This document shows positions 25,036 through 38,069 of a DNA stretch of 64,000 nt, piece by piece (the stretch's first letter is position 1; each line of letters begins with the position of its first letter). Made by a program: the position numbers and the translations under genes. The stretch spans positions 97,650,001-97,714,000 of the forward strand of contig OX597820.1 of NCBI GenBank assembly GCA_951406725.2, read 5' to 3'. The notes below the pieces were generated by a model. It ran no database searches. It had not been told where the DNA came from and saw nothing but the letters and a program-made list of their open reading frames with translations. The stretch is from Octopus vulgaris. Taxonomy: Eukaryota.

Positions 25036-25414
25036 GGTACTCCGTCGGTTACGACAACGAGGGTTCCAGCTGATCCGATCCGATCAACTAACTGCTCGTG
25101 AAATTAATATGCAAGTGGCTGAGCACTCCACAGACACGTGTACCCTTAACGTAGTTCTCAGGGAGATTCAGCGTGACACAATGTGTGACAAGGCTGGCCC
25201 TTTGTAATACAGGTACAACACAAACAGGAAAAAAGAGTGAGAGATGTTGTGGTGAAAGAGTACAGCAGGGTTCGCCACCACTCCCTGCCGGAGCCTCATG
25301 GAGCTTCAGGTGTTTTCGCTCAATAAACACTCACAACACCCGGTCTGGGAATCGAAACCGGGATCCCACGACCGCGTGTCCGCTTCTCTAACCACTGGGC
25401 CATTGCGCCTCCAC
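25036..25414 (-). mobile_element. tRNA-derived SINE (head A + tail 1)
   Basis: Homologous to 8921-9307; TCAAATAT flanking repeat. Confidence 0.85.
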
Positions 25415-26287
25415 TCTCTCAAATATATAGCTTATTCATTCACATTGTTTTACGTTAATCATACGGTGTCGTCACATCTTGTAGCTTTGAAATTTCGATG
25501 ATGCATTTGTGTACTTCTAGAATGATATTGCAGAGTAGTTGTGAGAGGCGTGATCTGTCCAGTTTGAACATGAAACAGGTAGAATATTTAGGCTTGATAC
25601 AGCCGGTTTGAGTGCTAAAAGATTAAAAGGAAATTTGACTGCTATATTTAGCAAGTCGAGCGACGACGTATATCGACACTTGTTGTTGGTGTTGCTGTTA
25701 CTTTATTCTAGTAGTTATTGTGTTTTTAAATTGCTATGTATTAGTGATTATTTGTTGTTCTTGTTATATTGTAGCTTTATTGTTGCCGAAATTATTCTTA
25801 ATTTGTTTCTAACTATTGCTTTTGTACTTTAGACCTAGGTAAAATCTAATCATAAGCGCTCCAGCTGTGACCATGACGTCAATTATTTCAGACACGGTGT
25901 CTTTCCGATTACATTATATATTACTCAACGTGTCCCTATTGTTAAGGCAGCATTTTAAAGAGAATTTGACTGCTATTTGTAGCATGTCAAGCGACTGCAT
26001 TTTACGGAATTTGTTACTGTTACTTTTACTAGTAGTTACTGTAGTTTTTTTCACAATTCCTATTTATTATATTGTTATTGTTTCTGTTGTTGTTGTTGTT
26101 GTTGTTGCTGTTGTTGATGAAGTAGTCATTGCTGTTATTTTTGTTGTATTTTTGAAAAGTTTATTTAGTTAAATAATTTCTATTAAATTGAAATAATATA
26201 TTATTTTTTTTTCGCTACATGTTTTAAGAATATCAGGACTTTTTAAACAGTAGCAATGCGCAAGGGCAACGAAGACGGAAAGAGAGA

Positions 26288-26335
<48 letters not shown>

Positions 26336-27206
26336 AGAAAGGAAAGAGGAAGAGTGAGAGAGAGATTGAGACAAAAACGAAGACAGAGAGAAAAAGAGGA
26401 AGAGAGATAAATTGCAGGAGAGATAGACAGAGAGACAGAAAGACCGAAGGAGAGAGAAAGAGAGAGAGAGAGGGGGGAGCGAAAGAGAGCGAAGGAGTGA
26501 GAGAAAGAGAGGGAGGAAACAAGAGAGAGAGGGGTATGAAAGAGAGAGAAAGAGACAGAAGAGAGAGAGAGAGAGAAAAAGAGAGAGGGAGAATGAGAAG
26601 GCGAAAAATGTTTGCTAACAACAGCAGAGATGTGATAGTTGGTATGGGATGGGTGTTGGAAATGAAAAAGGTCTAAAAATAAACAGATGAATATATAAAT
26701 AGATAATTAATTAAACAAATAGATAAATACAACTACCCGGCAATATTTAAATTAGAAACTTGGATACATAAGTATTTCACTTAGAGAGGAAGAGAAGAAA
26801 GCGGGACGAAAGAAAGTAATAATAGATAAAAACACAAATAAAAAGAAAATACGTACAAATATAAGGAAAGAAACATAAATAGAATGAGAGAATAGAAAGA
26901 AAAATTAGGAAGAAAAGAAGACAGAAAAAAAGTAAATAAATGAAAGAAACATGGCGAAGGAAAAGAAGAAAATGATAAATAAGGAAGAAAAGAAAGAAAA
27001 ATGCAGATATTGTGTAATAGAAAAAAATGGAGGGTAAATGATAATGAGAAAATGGCGGAGATGAAATAAGTAAGTGGTAAAATAATGAGAAGGAAGGAAA
27101 GAAGGAGAAATAAAGGGAAAAAAAGGAATGAAACAGAAATGAAAGAATAGGAAGAGATGAAAACAAAGACAGATATTGAATGAGAAAAAGAAAGAAATAT
27201 TATAGA

Positions 27207-27312
27207 AGGCGCAGGCGTGCCTATGTGGTAAGAAGCTTGCTTCCCAACCACATGGTTCTGTGTTCAGTCCCACTGTGTGGCACCTTGGGCAAGTGTCTCC
27301 TACTATAGTCTC
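27207..27312 (+). mobile_element. 5' half of SINE family B abutting an R4 fragment
   Basis: GGCGCAGGCGTGCCTATGTGGTAAGAAGC...CCTTGGGCAAGTGTCTCCTACTATAGTCTCG. Confidence 0.75.
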
Positions 27313-27815
27313 GTGACAGAGAAAAAAAATTGGTACGACCACAAACCCGAAGGCATTATCAAAAATGATAATGCAAAGATCCTGTGGGGATTTTATGATT
27401 CAGTGTGACCATGAGATAGAGAATAGGAAGCCAGACATAGTCTTAATTGAGAAAGTAAACTATGCTGGATCAGGGATATAGTTATACCCAGCTGACAAGA
27501 TATGCGATAAGGAAGAAAGAAAAGTCGATAGGTATGACAGATTAGCTTTGGAGGTTAAGCAGTTGTGGTCAAAGAAAAATGTAATAGTGGTACCAATAAT
27601 TGTCGGATCCCTGGGAACAGTGAGTAAAAATCTCGAGAAGTACACGGAACAAAAAGGGGCTGCAATAAGGGTGAGCACTTGCAGAAAACAGCACTGCTAG
27701 GAACCGCTCGAATACTCCGGAAGGTGCCCGAAAAATAAGGGGTGTTACCTTAGTTCACTGGTAGTGAACATCTGACACTGTAGTACATCTCCAGCGTTAG
27801 AAGCTGTGCAGAGGC

Positions 27816-27887
<72 letters not shown>
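27313..27887 (+). mobile_element. R4/Dong non-LTR retrotransposon 3' end (RLE domain) with (TAA)n tail
   Basis: WYDHKPEGIIKNDNAKILW, CDHEIENRKPDIVLIEK, DKEERKVDRYDRLALEVKQLW..VIVVPIIVGSLGTV, LQKTALLGTARILRKV; (AAT)n 27817-27887. Confidence 0.9.
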
Positions 27888-28276
<389 letters not shown>

Positions 28277-28287
28277 AAATAATAATC

Positions 28288-28600
28288 AAAAGGGGCTGAT
28301 TGCTACTTAGCTCAGATACCACGAAAGCCCCAAATGGCAGAAATTCAAAAGATAGTGCTCATGAAAACTGCCCATATCCTACGCAAATTACTTTCTATGT
28401 AATCTCAAGATTTAAAACAAACACATAATTTTCTTATGGTTTCTTAAACATTCTCTAGAACAACACTATGTACAAAACCAAACATATAGCACCCTAGGCA
28501 TAACACCAACAGGAACTTCCAACTTGTTGTTTCTTCAGGTCTCTGGGTGAGACTTGGAGCCAGCTTGTGCAAATGTAAAGCAAAGGTCAAACATAAAATA
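28288..28600 (+). mobile_element. Second R4/Dong family 3' fragment
   Basis: KGADCYLAQIPRKPQMAEIQKIVLMKTAHILRKLLSM* plus 3'UTR ending in (AAT)n. Confidence 0.7.
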
Positions 28601-28859
28601 ATAATAATAACAACAACAACAACAATAATAATAATCCTTTCTATTATAGGCACAAGGCCTTAAATTTGTGGGGAGGGGACTAGTAGCGTTTCACTGGTAC
28701 TTAATTTAAGGACTCCGAAAGGATAAAAGGCAAAGTCAACCACGGCGGAATTCGAACTCAGAACGTAGCTACGGGCAAAATACCGCTAAGCATTTCGTCC
28801 AGCGTGCTAACGATTCTGCCAGGTCGCCGCCTTAGTAATAATATTAATAATAATAACAA

Positions 28860-29015
28860 ATGCTTTGCATCCTTAGCACGGCCAGAATAATCAGGAAAGT
28901 ATTAGATTGGTGGAAAAAACGGATAGCATTGAACCGTAGGCTGCAGGTAGCAAGCCCGCTACGCATGAGAGACTCCAGGAGCTCCAACAAAACCTGTGAT
29001 AAAGAGAAATAATAA
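28860..29015 (+). mobile_element. Third R4/Dong family extreme 3' fragment
   Basis: CILSTARIIRKVLDW, matching the GTARILRKVL terminal motif; flanked by (AAT)n. Confidence 0.55.
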
Positions 29016-29311
29016 TGACGACGATGATAACAACGACAATAACAACAACAACAACAACAATAATGATAATAACAATCACTCATTATCGTAGTCCTTTTCT
29101 CATTCCCGTTCCATGTTTCATTTAAATGTCCTCCCCTGCCTCTATACTCTTGTATTCTAATTTCTTTTGTTTCTGGCTTGATTTTATTATCATTATTATT
29201 ATCATTTATATTTCTTTTCCAACAGTCTAATCTGTTGAGTGTATAGGAATAACAACAACAACGACGACGACGACGACGATGATGATGATGATGATGATGA
29301 TAATAATAATA

Positions 29312-30157
29312 AGTACATTGTTTTGTCTTGGTATAAAAGATGGGCTAAAACAAATATTCTGCTCAATACCACAAATTTGCTTGTCAGTTGTTTGACCGTA
29401 ACCAGTTGAGCATGTCCCTTAGTGGCTGACGATATGTGCATCTCTGATCACGAGCAGAAATAGGGGGGGGGGAGCATCATAGCCATGTGTTGAGAGGGAT
29501 TCTTTGGGGTTTAAATAATTCACCTCTGGAAACATGGGTGTTTCGTTCAACATCCTTAAACAACCCTTGCTCAGGGACCTTTTGAGCGAGATGGGTTACT
29601 CGACCTGAAGAAAATTATAAGTGGGCCCCACCTGCAAGGTCATGTGCTGTTTATCTTGATATGAGATCACCATGTCGCGCACATATGGTTGTGATGCATG
29701 TGCCTGGTGTACCTTTATCAGACGGGTAGTCATGATGGGTATATTGAGCTTCGTATATTTTACCCCAGTGTCACTTTGATGGCATGAACTGCTCTCTCAC
29801 TCAATAATAATAATAAGTACATTGTTTTGTCTTGGTATAAAAGATGGGCTACAACAAATATTCTGCTCAATACTACAGATTTGCTTGTCAGTTGTTTGAC
29901 CTTAACCAGTTGGTGGCTGACGATATGTGCATCTCTGATCACGAGAAGAAATAGTGGTGGGGGGGGGGTATCATAGCCATGTGTTGAGAGGGATTCTTTT
30001 GGGTTTGAATAATTCATCTCTGGAAACATGGGTGTTTCGTTCAACATCCTTAAACAACCCTTGTTCAGGATCCTTTTGAGCGGGATGGGTTACTCGACCT
30101 GAAGAAAATTCTAAGTGGGCCCCATCTGCGAGGTCATGTGCTGTTTATCTTGATATG
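29312..30157. mobile_element. Tandem pair of a roughly 490-bp non-coding (AAT)n-flanked repeat (29312-29802; truncated 29816-30157)
   Basis: Both copies begin GTACATTGTTTTGTCTTGGTATAAAAGATGGGCTA after (AAT)n and align closely. Confidence 0.75.
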
Positions 30158-31731
30158 ACGAAAAGTAGGAGACAATGAAGGAGTCGGTAGAGTATTCATC
30201 AGTATCATTCAATTATAACAATTCTGTTAATATATAATATTTATGTGACTGTTACACGAACGAAGACTGCGTCCCGTGCCGTATTCCTGGCAACGAATAG
30301 TGTCCGGTATTTCCTTCCAAGTTTTTTCTTGAGTAAGTCTCGCAGGTGTGACTTCGAAAGATAAAAAAAAAAAACTTCGTTGAAGAAAGGTGTTAACTGT
30401 GTCGATACCGCAAAGAAACAATATTACATTTTAACCAAAAACCAACAAAATTATTATCTGATAGATAAATGACAGTTAAACGAAATGATCGGTAGGACAA
30501 ATTGTTTTTCAGCCATTTTGCTTTTCGCATCATGTAGGTGCATCGTTTGTGTACAAATAACATTTTCTAGAAAATGATTAACTTAAAGTTAATAGAGGGA
30601 AGTGAAGAACTGATGAAAGAAGGAAGGAAAACAGAAGTGATAAAAAAAAAGGGAAAAGGAGAGAATGGTAATTAGGATTCGTGAAAACCGTTTAACCATT
30701 TTGTTTTTTCCTTTTGTTTTGGGTAAATGCAATATTTTCCAGACAAACGAAAATATTATTTTAGAAATTAAGAAAAACTTTTAACTGACGACATACATAT
30801 ATAGTCATACTACTTAGGCTTGAAAACATCAGTAAATATCCTACTTGTTCTAAATACTACTACTGGTTTTGATTTAATGCATAAATGAACATTAACGTTC
30901 TTTAGCTGTTGTCGTTTATATTATTGTTCGTTAGTCCCACGTCAGCCCTGATCTAGCAAACATATTTTCAAAGATAGCGATATGAAGACAGTCACGACTA
31001 TTTATTAGGAATGATGACCCGGGTTACGGTATCTTATGTGTCGTTTTTAAGACGATGGAATGTGATTTAAGAAGAGCTTGGCTCGTTAGTTATGGCTGTT
31101 GAGATTTTAAAGGAGTGGAGATTACTGAGAGTGTAAAGATGTTTTGCTGTGACTGGTATGTTACTTCAGCTAGAACCTCAGTCGACTCAAAAATTGTGAG
31201 TAAAATAAATGAATAATTATAAATGAATAAAATTGCGCTGCCAGAAACATATGGTTGCCCGTATTATTTGAACTACTTTAACACTAAGTTTGGCTAATGG
31301 GTACCAATGGAGAACACTCTATTGGTCGCATTCGGGTCAGATTTATTTGTGGGGCAATCTTCTTGCTCAACCCAATTGAAAAACGTTATTCGTCGGTGTT
31401 GAGTGCATAAAGACTAGCGAAGTATGTATTTAAAAAGGTGAGAATGTCCTATTCCTATCTCATTTCTCTCCCCAGGATTATCATAGGGTCTCACTTTTGG
31501 TAAAAAGAGCAACTACATAAGGGACAAATAAAAGATTATAGATGAAACCCCACATAATTCAAATAATATACCATTAAAATTTAATTCACAAACGATTCGT
31601 CAGCGTAACATATGATTTTGACCCTCTGCTATATCGGACTTTCGTTCGCCCACAAATGCTCCTTAAGTCCGCCTGTTCGGAGTGAGCGTCTTTCAAACAA
31701 TGAGAATATATATATATATATATATATATAT

Positions 31732-31930
31732 AACGGGAAGGTTTACGAATATAAACAAAAGTAGAAGGCAGGTGGAGTACTAACAAACAATGTATTAGTA
31801 TGGCGCTCAGGAATAGAAATAAAACAGGTCTTTTACGTTTCGAGCCTACGCTCTTCGACAGAAAGATACACAGAAAAGAAACAAGGAGAGAAAAAAATTG
31901 CGTGTAGGGGCTAACGATCCAACACACACA

Positions 31931-32015
<85 letters not shown>

Positions 32016-32056
32016 TGGATCGTTAGCCCCTACACGTAATTTTTTTCTCTCCTTGT

Positions 32057-32057
<1 letters not shown>
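31732..32057 (-). mobile_element. Solo PLE pLTR (same family as 2932/5768) with hammerhead-like motif at 31829-31866 and a fold-back 31880-32057
   Basis: Near-identical to 2932-3155; AACAAGGAGAG...GATCCAAC mirrored at 32014-32057 around (CA)n(TA)n(TG)n. Confidence 0.85.
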
Positions 32058-32090
<33 letters not shown>

Positions 32091-32199
32091 ATATATGTAT
32101 GTACATATATTCCTTTAATCTTTTAATCTTCGCCTTGAAGAATTTTAGTGGATTGAATCAGCGCCAGTACTTTTTATCTTTTAAGCCTGGCACTTCTAT

Positions 32200-33305
32200 C
32201 ACATACATACATATACAAACACACATACATAAACATACATACATACACACACATACATACATAAACATACATACACAAACATACATACATAAACATACAT
32301 ACAAACATACATACATACACAAACATACATGCATAAACATACATACATACACACATATACATACACACACACATACAAACACAAACATACACACACAAAC
32401 ATACACTCACATATATACACACACATACATACACACACAAACATACACACACAAACATACACACACAAACATACACACACAATCATACACATACATACAT
32501 ATACCTACATAGACATACATACATACATACACACATACACACATACATAGACATACATACACACACATACATACATACATACAAACATACATATACATAA
32601 GTACCTACATACACACACATACACACATACATACATACACACATACACATACCTGCATACATACACATACGCATACATACATATACATACATTCACATAC
32701 ACCTATATACATACACATACATACAGACATGCACATACATGCACAAACACATACATAGATACACATGCATACATACACATACATATACATACATAAACAC
32801 ACATACATACAGGCATACATACACAGACATACATACACAGACATACACACACATACATTCTACACAAACGTACATACACACACACATACATACACACACA
32901 TACGTACATACATACACATGCATACATACAGACATGCACAAACATACATGCACATACACATACATACATGCACATGCATACTCATACATACAAACATATA
33001 CATACATGCACATACATACAAACGTACATACATACATGCACATACATACATACAGACATACATACATGCACATATATACATGCACATACATACATGCACA
33101 TACAGACCCCACATACATACACATACAAACACATACATACAGATGCATGCATGCACGTACTGGCATACACATGAATACATGCACATACACATACAGCATA
33201 CAGACATGCACATACAGACATACAGACATACACATATATACAGATATGTACAAAACAAACATTCACAAACATACATACACATATATGCACATACATACAT
33301 GCACA
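32200..33305. repeat. 1.1-kb cryptic (CA/CATA/CATG/CAAA) low-complexity array
   Basis: Direct. Confidence 0.9.
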
Positions 33306-34888
33306 TTTTATTAAATATTGTTTTTTAATAATTTTCTAAAATATTTTTTTAATATTCTTTTTGTAATATTTTCTTTGTAATTTTTTTTGTAATATTTTTT
33401 TTGTAATAATTTTTTGTAATATTTGTTTATAATATTTTTTTGCAATATTTTTTTTGTAATATTTTTATTGTAATAATTTTTTTCATTTTTTTTTGTCATA
33501 TATTTTTTGTAATATTTTTTTTGTCATATTTTTTTTGTACTATTTTTTTGTAATATTTTATTGTCATTTTTTGTGATATTTTTTTTAATATTTGCTTTAA
33601 TATTTTTTTAATATTTTCTTAATATTAAAAAAATTTTTTTTTTAAATATTTAAAAAAATATTTCTTATATTAATATTTTTAATAATTTTTTAAAATTAAT
33701 TTTTTTTATTAAATTTTAAGAAATTATTTTTTTTTGTAAATTTTTTAAAAAATCTTTTTTTAAAATAATTTTTTAAAAATAATTTTTTTTTCAATTAATT
33801 TCTTTTTGATACATTTTTAAAATTAATTTTTTGTTAATTTTTTTTAACATTTTAAATTTTATTGATTGTTTTACAATTAATCTTTTTTAAATGAATTTTT
33901 TTAAATAATTTTTTTTAATTAATTAAAAAAAAATTTTTTATTAATTTTTTTTTTGTAAATGATTTATTTTTAATTATTTTTTTTCAAATAATGTTTTTCT
34001 AATTAATTATTTTGTTAATTAATTTTTAAAATTATTTCTTTTAATTAATTTTTTAAAAATTAATTCCTTTTTTAATTAATTTTTTAAAATTAATTTTTGT
34101 TAATTAATTGTTTTTAATTGATTTTTAAAATTAATTTTCTTTTAATTAATCTGTTTTAATTAATTCTTTTTAATTAATTCATTTTTTTCAATTAATGTTT
34201 TTTTAATTAATTTGTTTTTCAAATAATTTTTTCTTCAATAATTTTTTTTGTAAATAATTTATTTTTAAAATCCTTTTTTTAAAATTAATTTTTTTAGAAT
34301 TAATTTTGTTTTTTAATTAATTGCTTTTAAATATTTATTTTAATTAATTTTTTTTCATTAATTTTTTTTAAATTAATTTTTTCAATTATTTTGTTTTTTA
34401 ATTAATTGATTTTTAAATAATTGTTTTAAATAATTTTTTTTACAAATTTTTTACAAATTAACTTTTTGTTTTAATTAATTTTTTTACAATTATTTGTTTA
34501 AAATTTATATTTTTAATAAATTAATTATTTTTTATTATTAATTTTTAAAATTATTTTTTAAATTAATTTTTTTAAAAGTATTTTTTAAAAATTTGTTTTT
34601 AAGTTAATTTTTTTTTATAATCAATTTTTCTTAAATTAATTATTTTTCGATTAATTTTGTTTTTAATAACTTTTTTTAAATAATTTGTTTTTTAGTTAAT
34701 TTTTTTGTTAATTAATTTTTTTAAAATTAATTTTTTTAATTTGTTAAGAAATTTTTTTTTTTAGTAATTTTTTTTAAATGAATTTTTTTTAATGAATTTT
34801 TAAAAATTAATTTAAAAAAAAATTTTTTATATTAATTTTTTTAATTAAATTTTTTTGTAATTAATTTTTTTAAAATTAATTTTTTTTG
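33306..34888. repeat. 1.6-kb extremely AT-rich, T-skewed degenerate array (TTTTTTGTAATA drifting to TTTTTTAATTAA)
   Basis: Direct. Confidence 0.9.
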
Positions 34889-35622
34889 ACCCACATATAT
34901 AAAGAAAGTTAATCTTTGTGATTTCGAAGTTTCACCGGTGCTGCTTGTGATAGCCTTGTCAATAATTTTCAAATAAAGTTAACCTTCAAATATAACTGGG
35001 TGCTCTATATCTTTTCAGTATGATTTTATATGATGACACATTCACTCACACATGGATATACACGCACACACACACACACACACACACTGATAATAGATAT
35101 TTAACACATTGCCTACAAGAGCTCCATTTGGAGATCTGCTAAAAACAGTCTCACTGCCGGTTGTTCGTTGTGTTTAAAGTGAATTGCGTATGTATATTGC
35201 ATTTGCAGAGGTGTGTTTAACAATATTTAGTAGTTAAAGTTTGTCATCTTTAGCTCTGGCTAATTCTAGAGGACATTTTATGTCATAAACCGCAATTTTC
35301 GAACTACAAAAATATTGACTTATTTGAAAACTTTTTTTGTTTTTACATTTCCTATCTATATCATTCATTGATATTTCATACACATTTGCATTTGATACTA
35401 TAGTTTCAAGAAAATTAACATGTTTATTATTTCAGTTGAATAGAAAAGGATAAATATGCTTTTTTTTTCAGCGATCCCTATTTGGGACTTCTAGAAAAAT
35501 TATAATTTTCAAAATATTTCCCCTATGAAGAAAATTTAAATAAATATATTATTCTAACTCCTAAGACATCTGGCAAAGTAAAAAAATATGAATAAAGGAA
35601 CTTCGCAGTTAATGGGTTAAAC

Positions 35623-35934
35623 CAGTGCTACTCAAAGTGGTGGTCCGCGGACCGGTGCCGGTCCGCGAGCCATCAGCTGCCTGTACGTGGCGAGTTTCCA
35701 GAAAAGAAAGAAACTTAACATGATTATAAAATGCTTATAAAATGCTTATGTACTATTGTATTATTTGTTTACAAAATAAAATATAAGATAAAACAAAATT
35801 GTTAACTTTTATTACATCCATTATATAATTGTCTCCGGTATAAATTAATATTACCAAGAAATATTATTGGTCCCAGGCACATTGGAAAAAAAAAAACTGC
35901 CGCTATGCCACATCAGATAGTTTGAGAGGCACTG
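35623..35934. mobile_element. Non-autonomous hAT (Charlie-like) MITE
   Basis: TIRs CAGTGCTACTCAAA / TTTGAGAGGCACTG; exact 8-bp TSD GGTTAAAC at 35615-35622 and 35935-35942. Confidence 0.88.
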
Positions 35935-36526
35935 GGTTAAACTACGATTCAGCTGACACTATTTATCTCTCTATTTGAATCTTCCTAACCAGTGTGGTTC
36001 CTATCATCTTTTATCTCTTACATCCCCTCTCTCACACACTATTTTATCTGGGCTTACTCTTCCGCAGTTCTCTTTCACTCTCACACATCCTTCTTTCATA
36101 TCTAGCTTTTCGTCCCGTCTCTCTCTCTCTCACTCTCTCTCTCTTTCTCTCTCCCTCCCTCGTACTCTTTCTTTCACTTTCCTACTTTCAGTCACACTTT
36201 TCTACCGCTCTTGTGACAAAGCGATTTCCCCTTCGTTTTTATCAATCTATCTGTCTGTGTGTTTCTCTCTCTGTCTCTCGCTCTCTCTGTCTGTCTCCTT
36301 CTCTCGCTCTCCCTGTCTGTTTCTGTCTCTGTCTCTCTCTCTGTCTGTCTGTCTCCTTCTCTCGCTCTCTCTGTCTGTTTCTATCTCTGTCTCTGCCTTT
36401 GTCTGTCTGTAATCTACGCTTTTCTGCCTATGTTCATTCACTTATCTCGAACTGCTCCTCTTGTTTTCGTTTTAGTTTTGTGTCTCTAAAACTTCACTCT
36501 CCTTCTTCCTCACTCACAAACTCTCT

Positions 36527-36596
<70 letters not shown>

Positions 36597-37504
36597 GCAA
36601 ACCTGGACGTCGACGAGGAATACCTGACCCGCCTGTTCAGGAAGACTTTCGGGCCAGGGCCCATGGACAACTTTCAGAGATCCCTGGCCTGGCAGTGCTA
36701 CCGAGAAGCGCTACCCGTTCGGGATAAGCTCTACAGACACGGCTAGAGAAACACGGGGCCAACCTGCACGAGATGCAGTCAGAGAGATGAAACCGTTCTA
36801 CACGCACTCATGCAGTGTCCAACAATTTCCGACCTGTGGGCTTATGTCGAACGACTGCTGTCACGTGTGGGACGAGTCGGTTTATCAGCCGAGTCTATCT
36901 TCAATATTGTCACGCCTCCTTCCTTCAAACGTGAAGGAAGAGCTTTTTTCCTCATCCAAGAATGTATCTGGTGGACGCGTCTGAAAGGATTGGAGACAAA
37001 TACTCTCCTCTCTGGTCAATCTCTCATCAACTTTTTCAAGTATCACTTGAAAAGGAAAGTGAGAGCAGAGAGGCAAGTTTTGTCTAGCGAATGTTTCAAA
37101 AAAGATGGGTGAATGTAGTAAGGATGGTACGTATGAATGACGAAGCCACCTTGAGCATAACCCTATGAACCCGGAAAATTGAAAACAAAGGGTTACCTAC
37201 TCGCAAACAAATGTGGTAACATATAACATTATTGACCGAGGTTACCGTGGTCTTTTCCGTAGGGTTTTCTTTCCACGGATAAACCTTATATGCTTCCCCC
37301 TTTACACTTTACATCATGACACTGTGATACACGATCCCTATTGATCGTTTTTTTTCTTTTCCCTTTTATTTTCTTCTTTCCCTTTTACGATCCTTTTTGA
37401 TCGAAAACTTACCCCACCTTTTTTTTCTCTCCCCCCCAAAAGAAAAGCTCTATTTTGTAATCTGTCCCATCTGTGTGCAGCCTTGTGTGGCTAATAAAGA
37501 AACA
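36597..37504 (+). mobile_element. Tx1/L1-clade LINE 3' fragment (zf-RVT region + 3'UTR) inside (TATC)n
   Basis: RSLAWQCYREALPVRDKLYRHG*..TCTRCSQRDETVLHALMQCPTISDLW...CIWWTR (CCHC of ORF2 C-terminus); ends AATAAAGAAA; (TATC)n on both sides. Confidence 0.85.
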
Positions 37505-37571
<67 letters not shown>

Positions 37572-37610
37572 TTGTCTGTCTGTTTATGTGTCTGTCCGTC
37601 TGTCTGTCTG

Positions 37611-37698
<88 letters not shown>

Positions 37699-38069
37699 GC
37701 TGTTTTCTTCCCGCAAGGTCTTTGTATTTCTGCTTTAGTTCACTGTATATTTCATTGACTTATATAAACCTAGATACATCAATGCACCTCCATATCTGCC
37801 ATTTTTTGCTCCCCTTCGTCTTTCTTGCTTATTATTATATTCGTCCATCTTTACCCTAACCAATCGCTTGACTTGTCAGAAACATCAGCTAAATATAATT
37901 TAGTTTAAGATACATTGTGACGAAGGACAAAACAGATGTCTGTTCGATGAAGCTTAAACCCGAGCTGCACAACAGAATACATCTTGCATGTATGTATATA
38001 TTATGTATGTATGAGTATACATACATACATACATACATACATACATACATACATGCATACATACATAAA

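Noticed and set aside
29570-29660. HDV-like ribozyme
   Set aside because: P1.1, P2 and J4/2 could not be assembled on either strand.
31110-31205. Apparent exon ending in GTGAGT
   Set aside because: The sequence resembles a decayed SINE-B (..CTTGTGAGTGGATTT), which supplies the donor-like motif.
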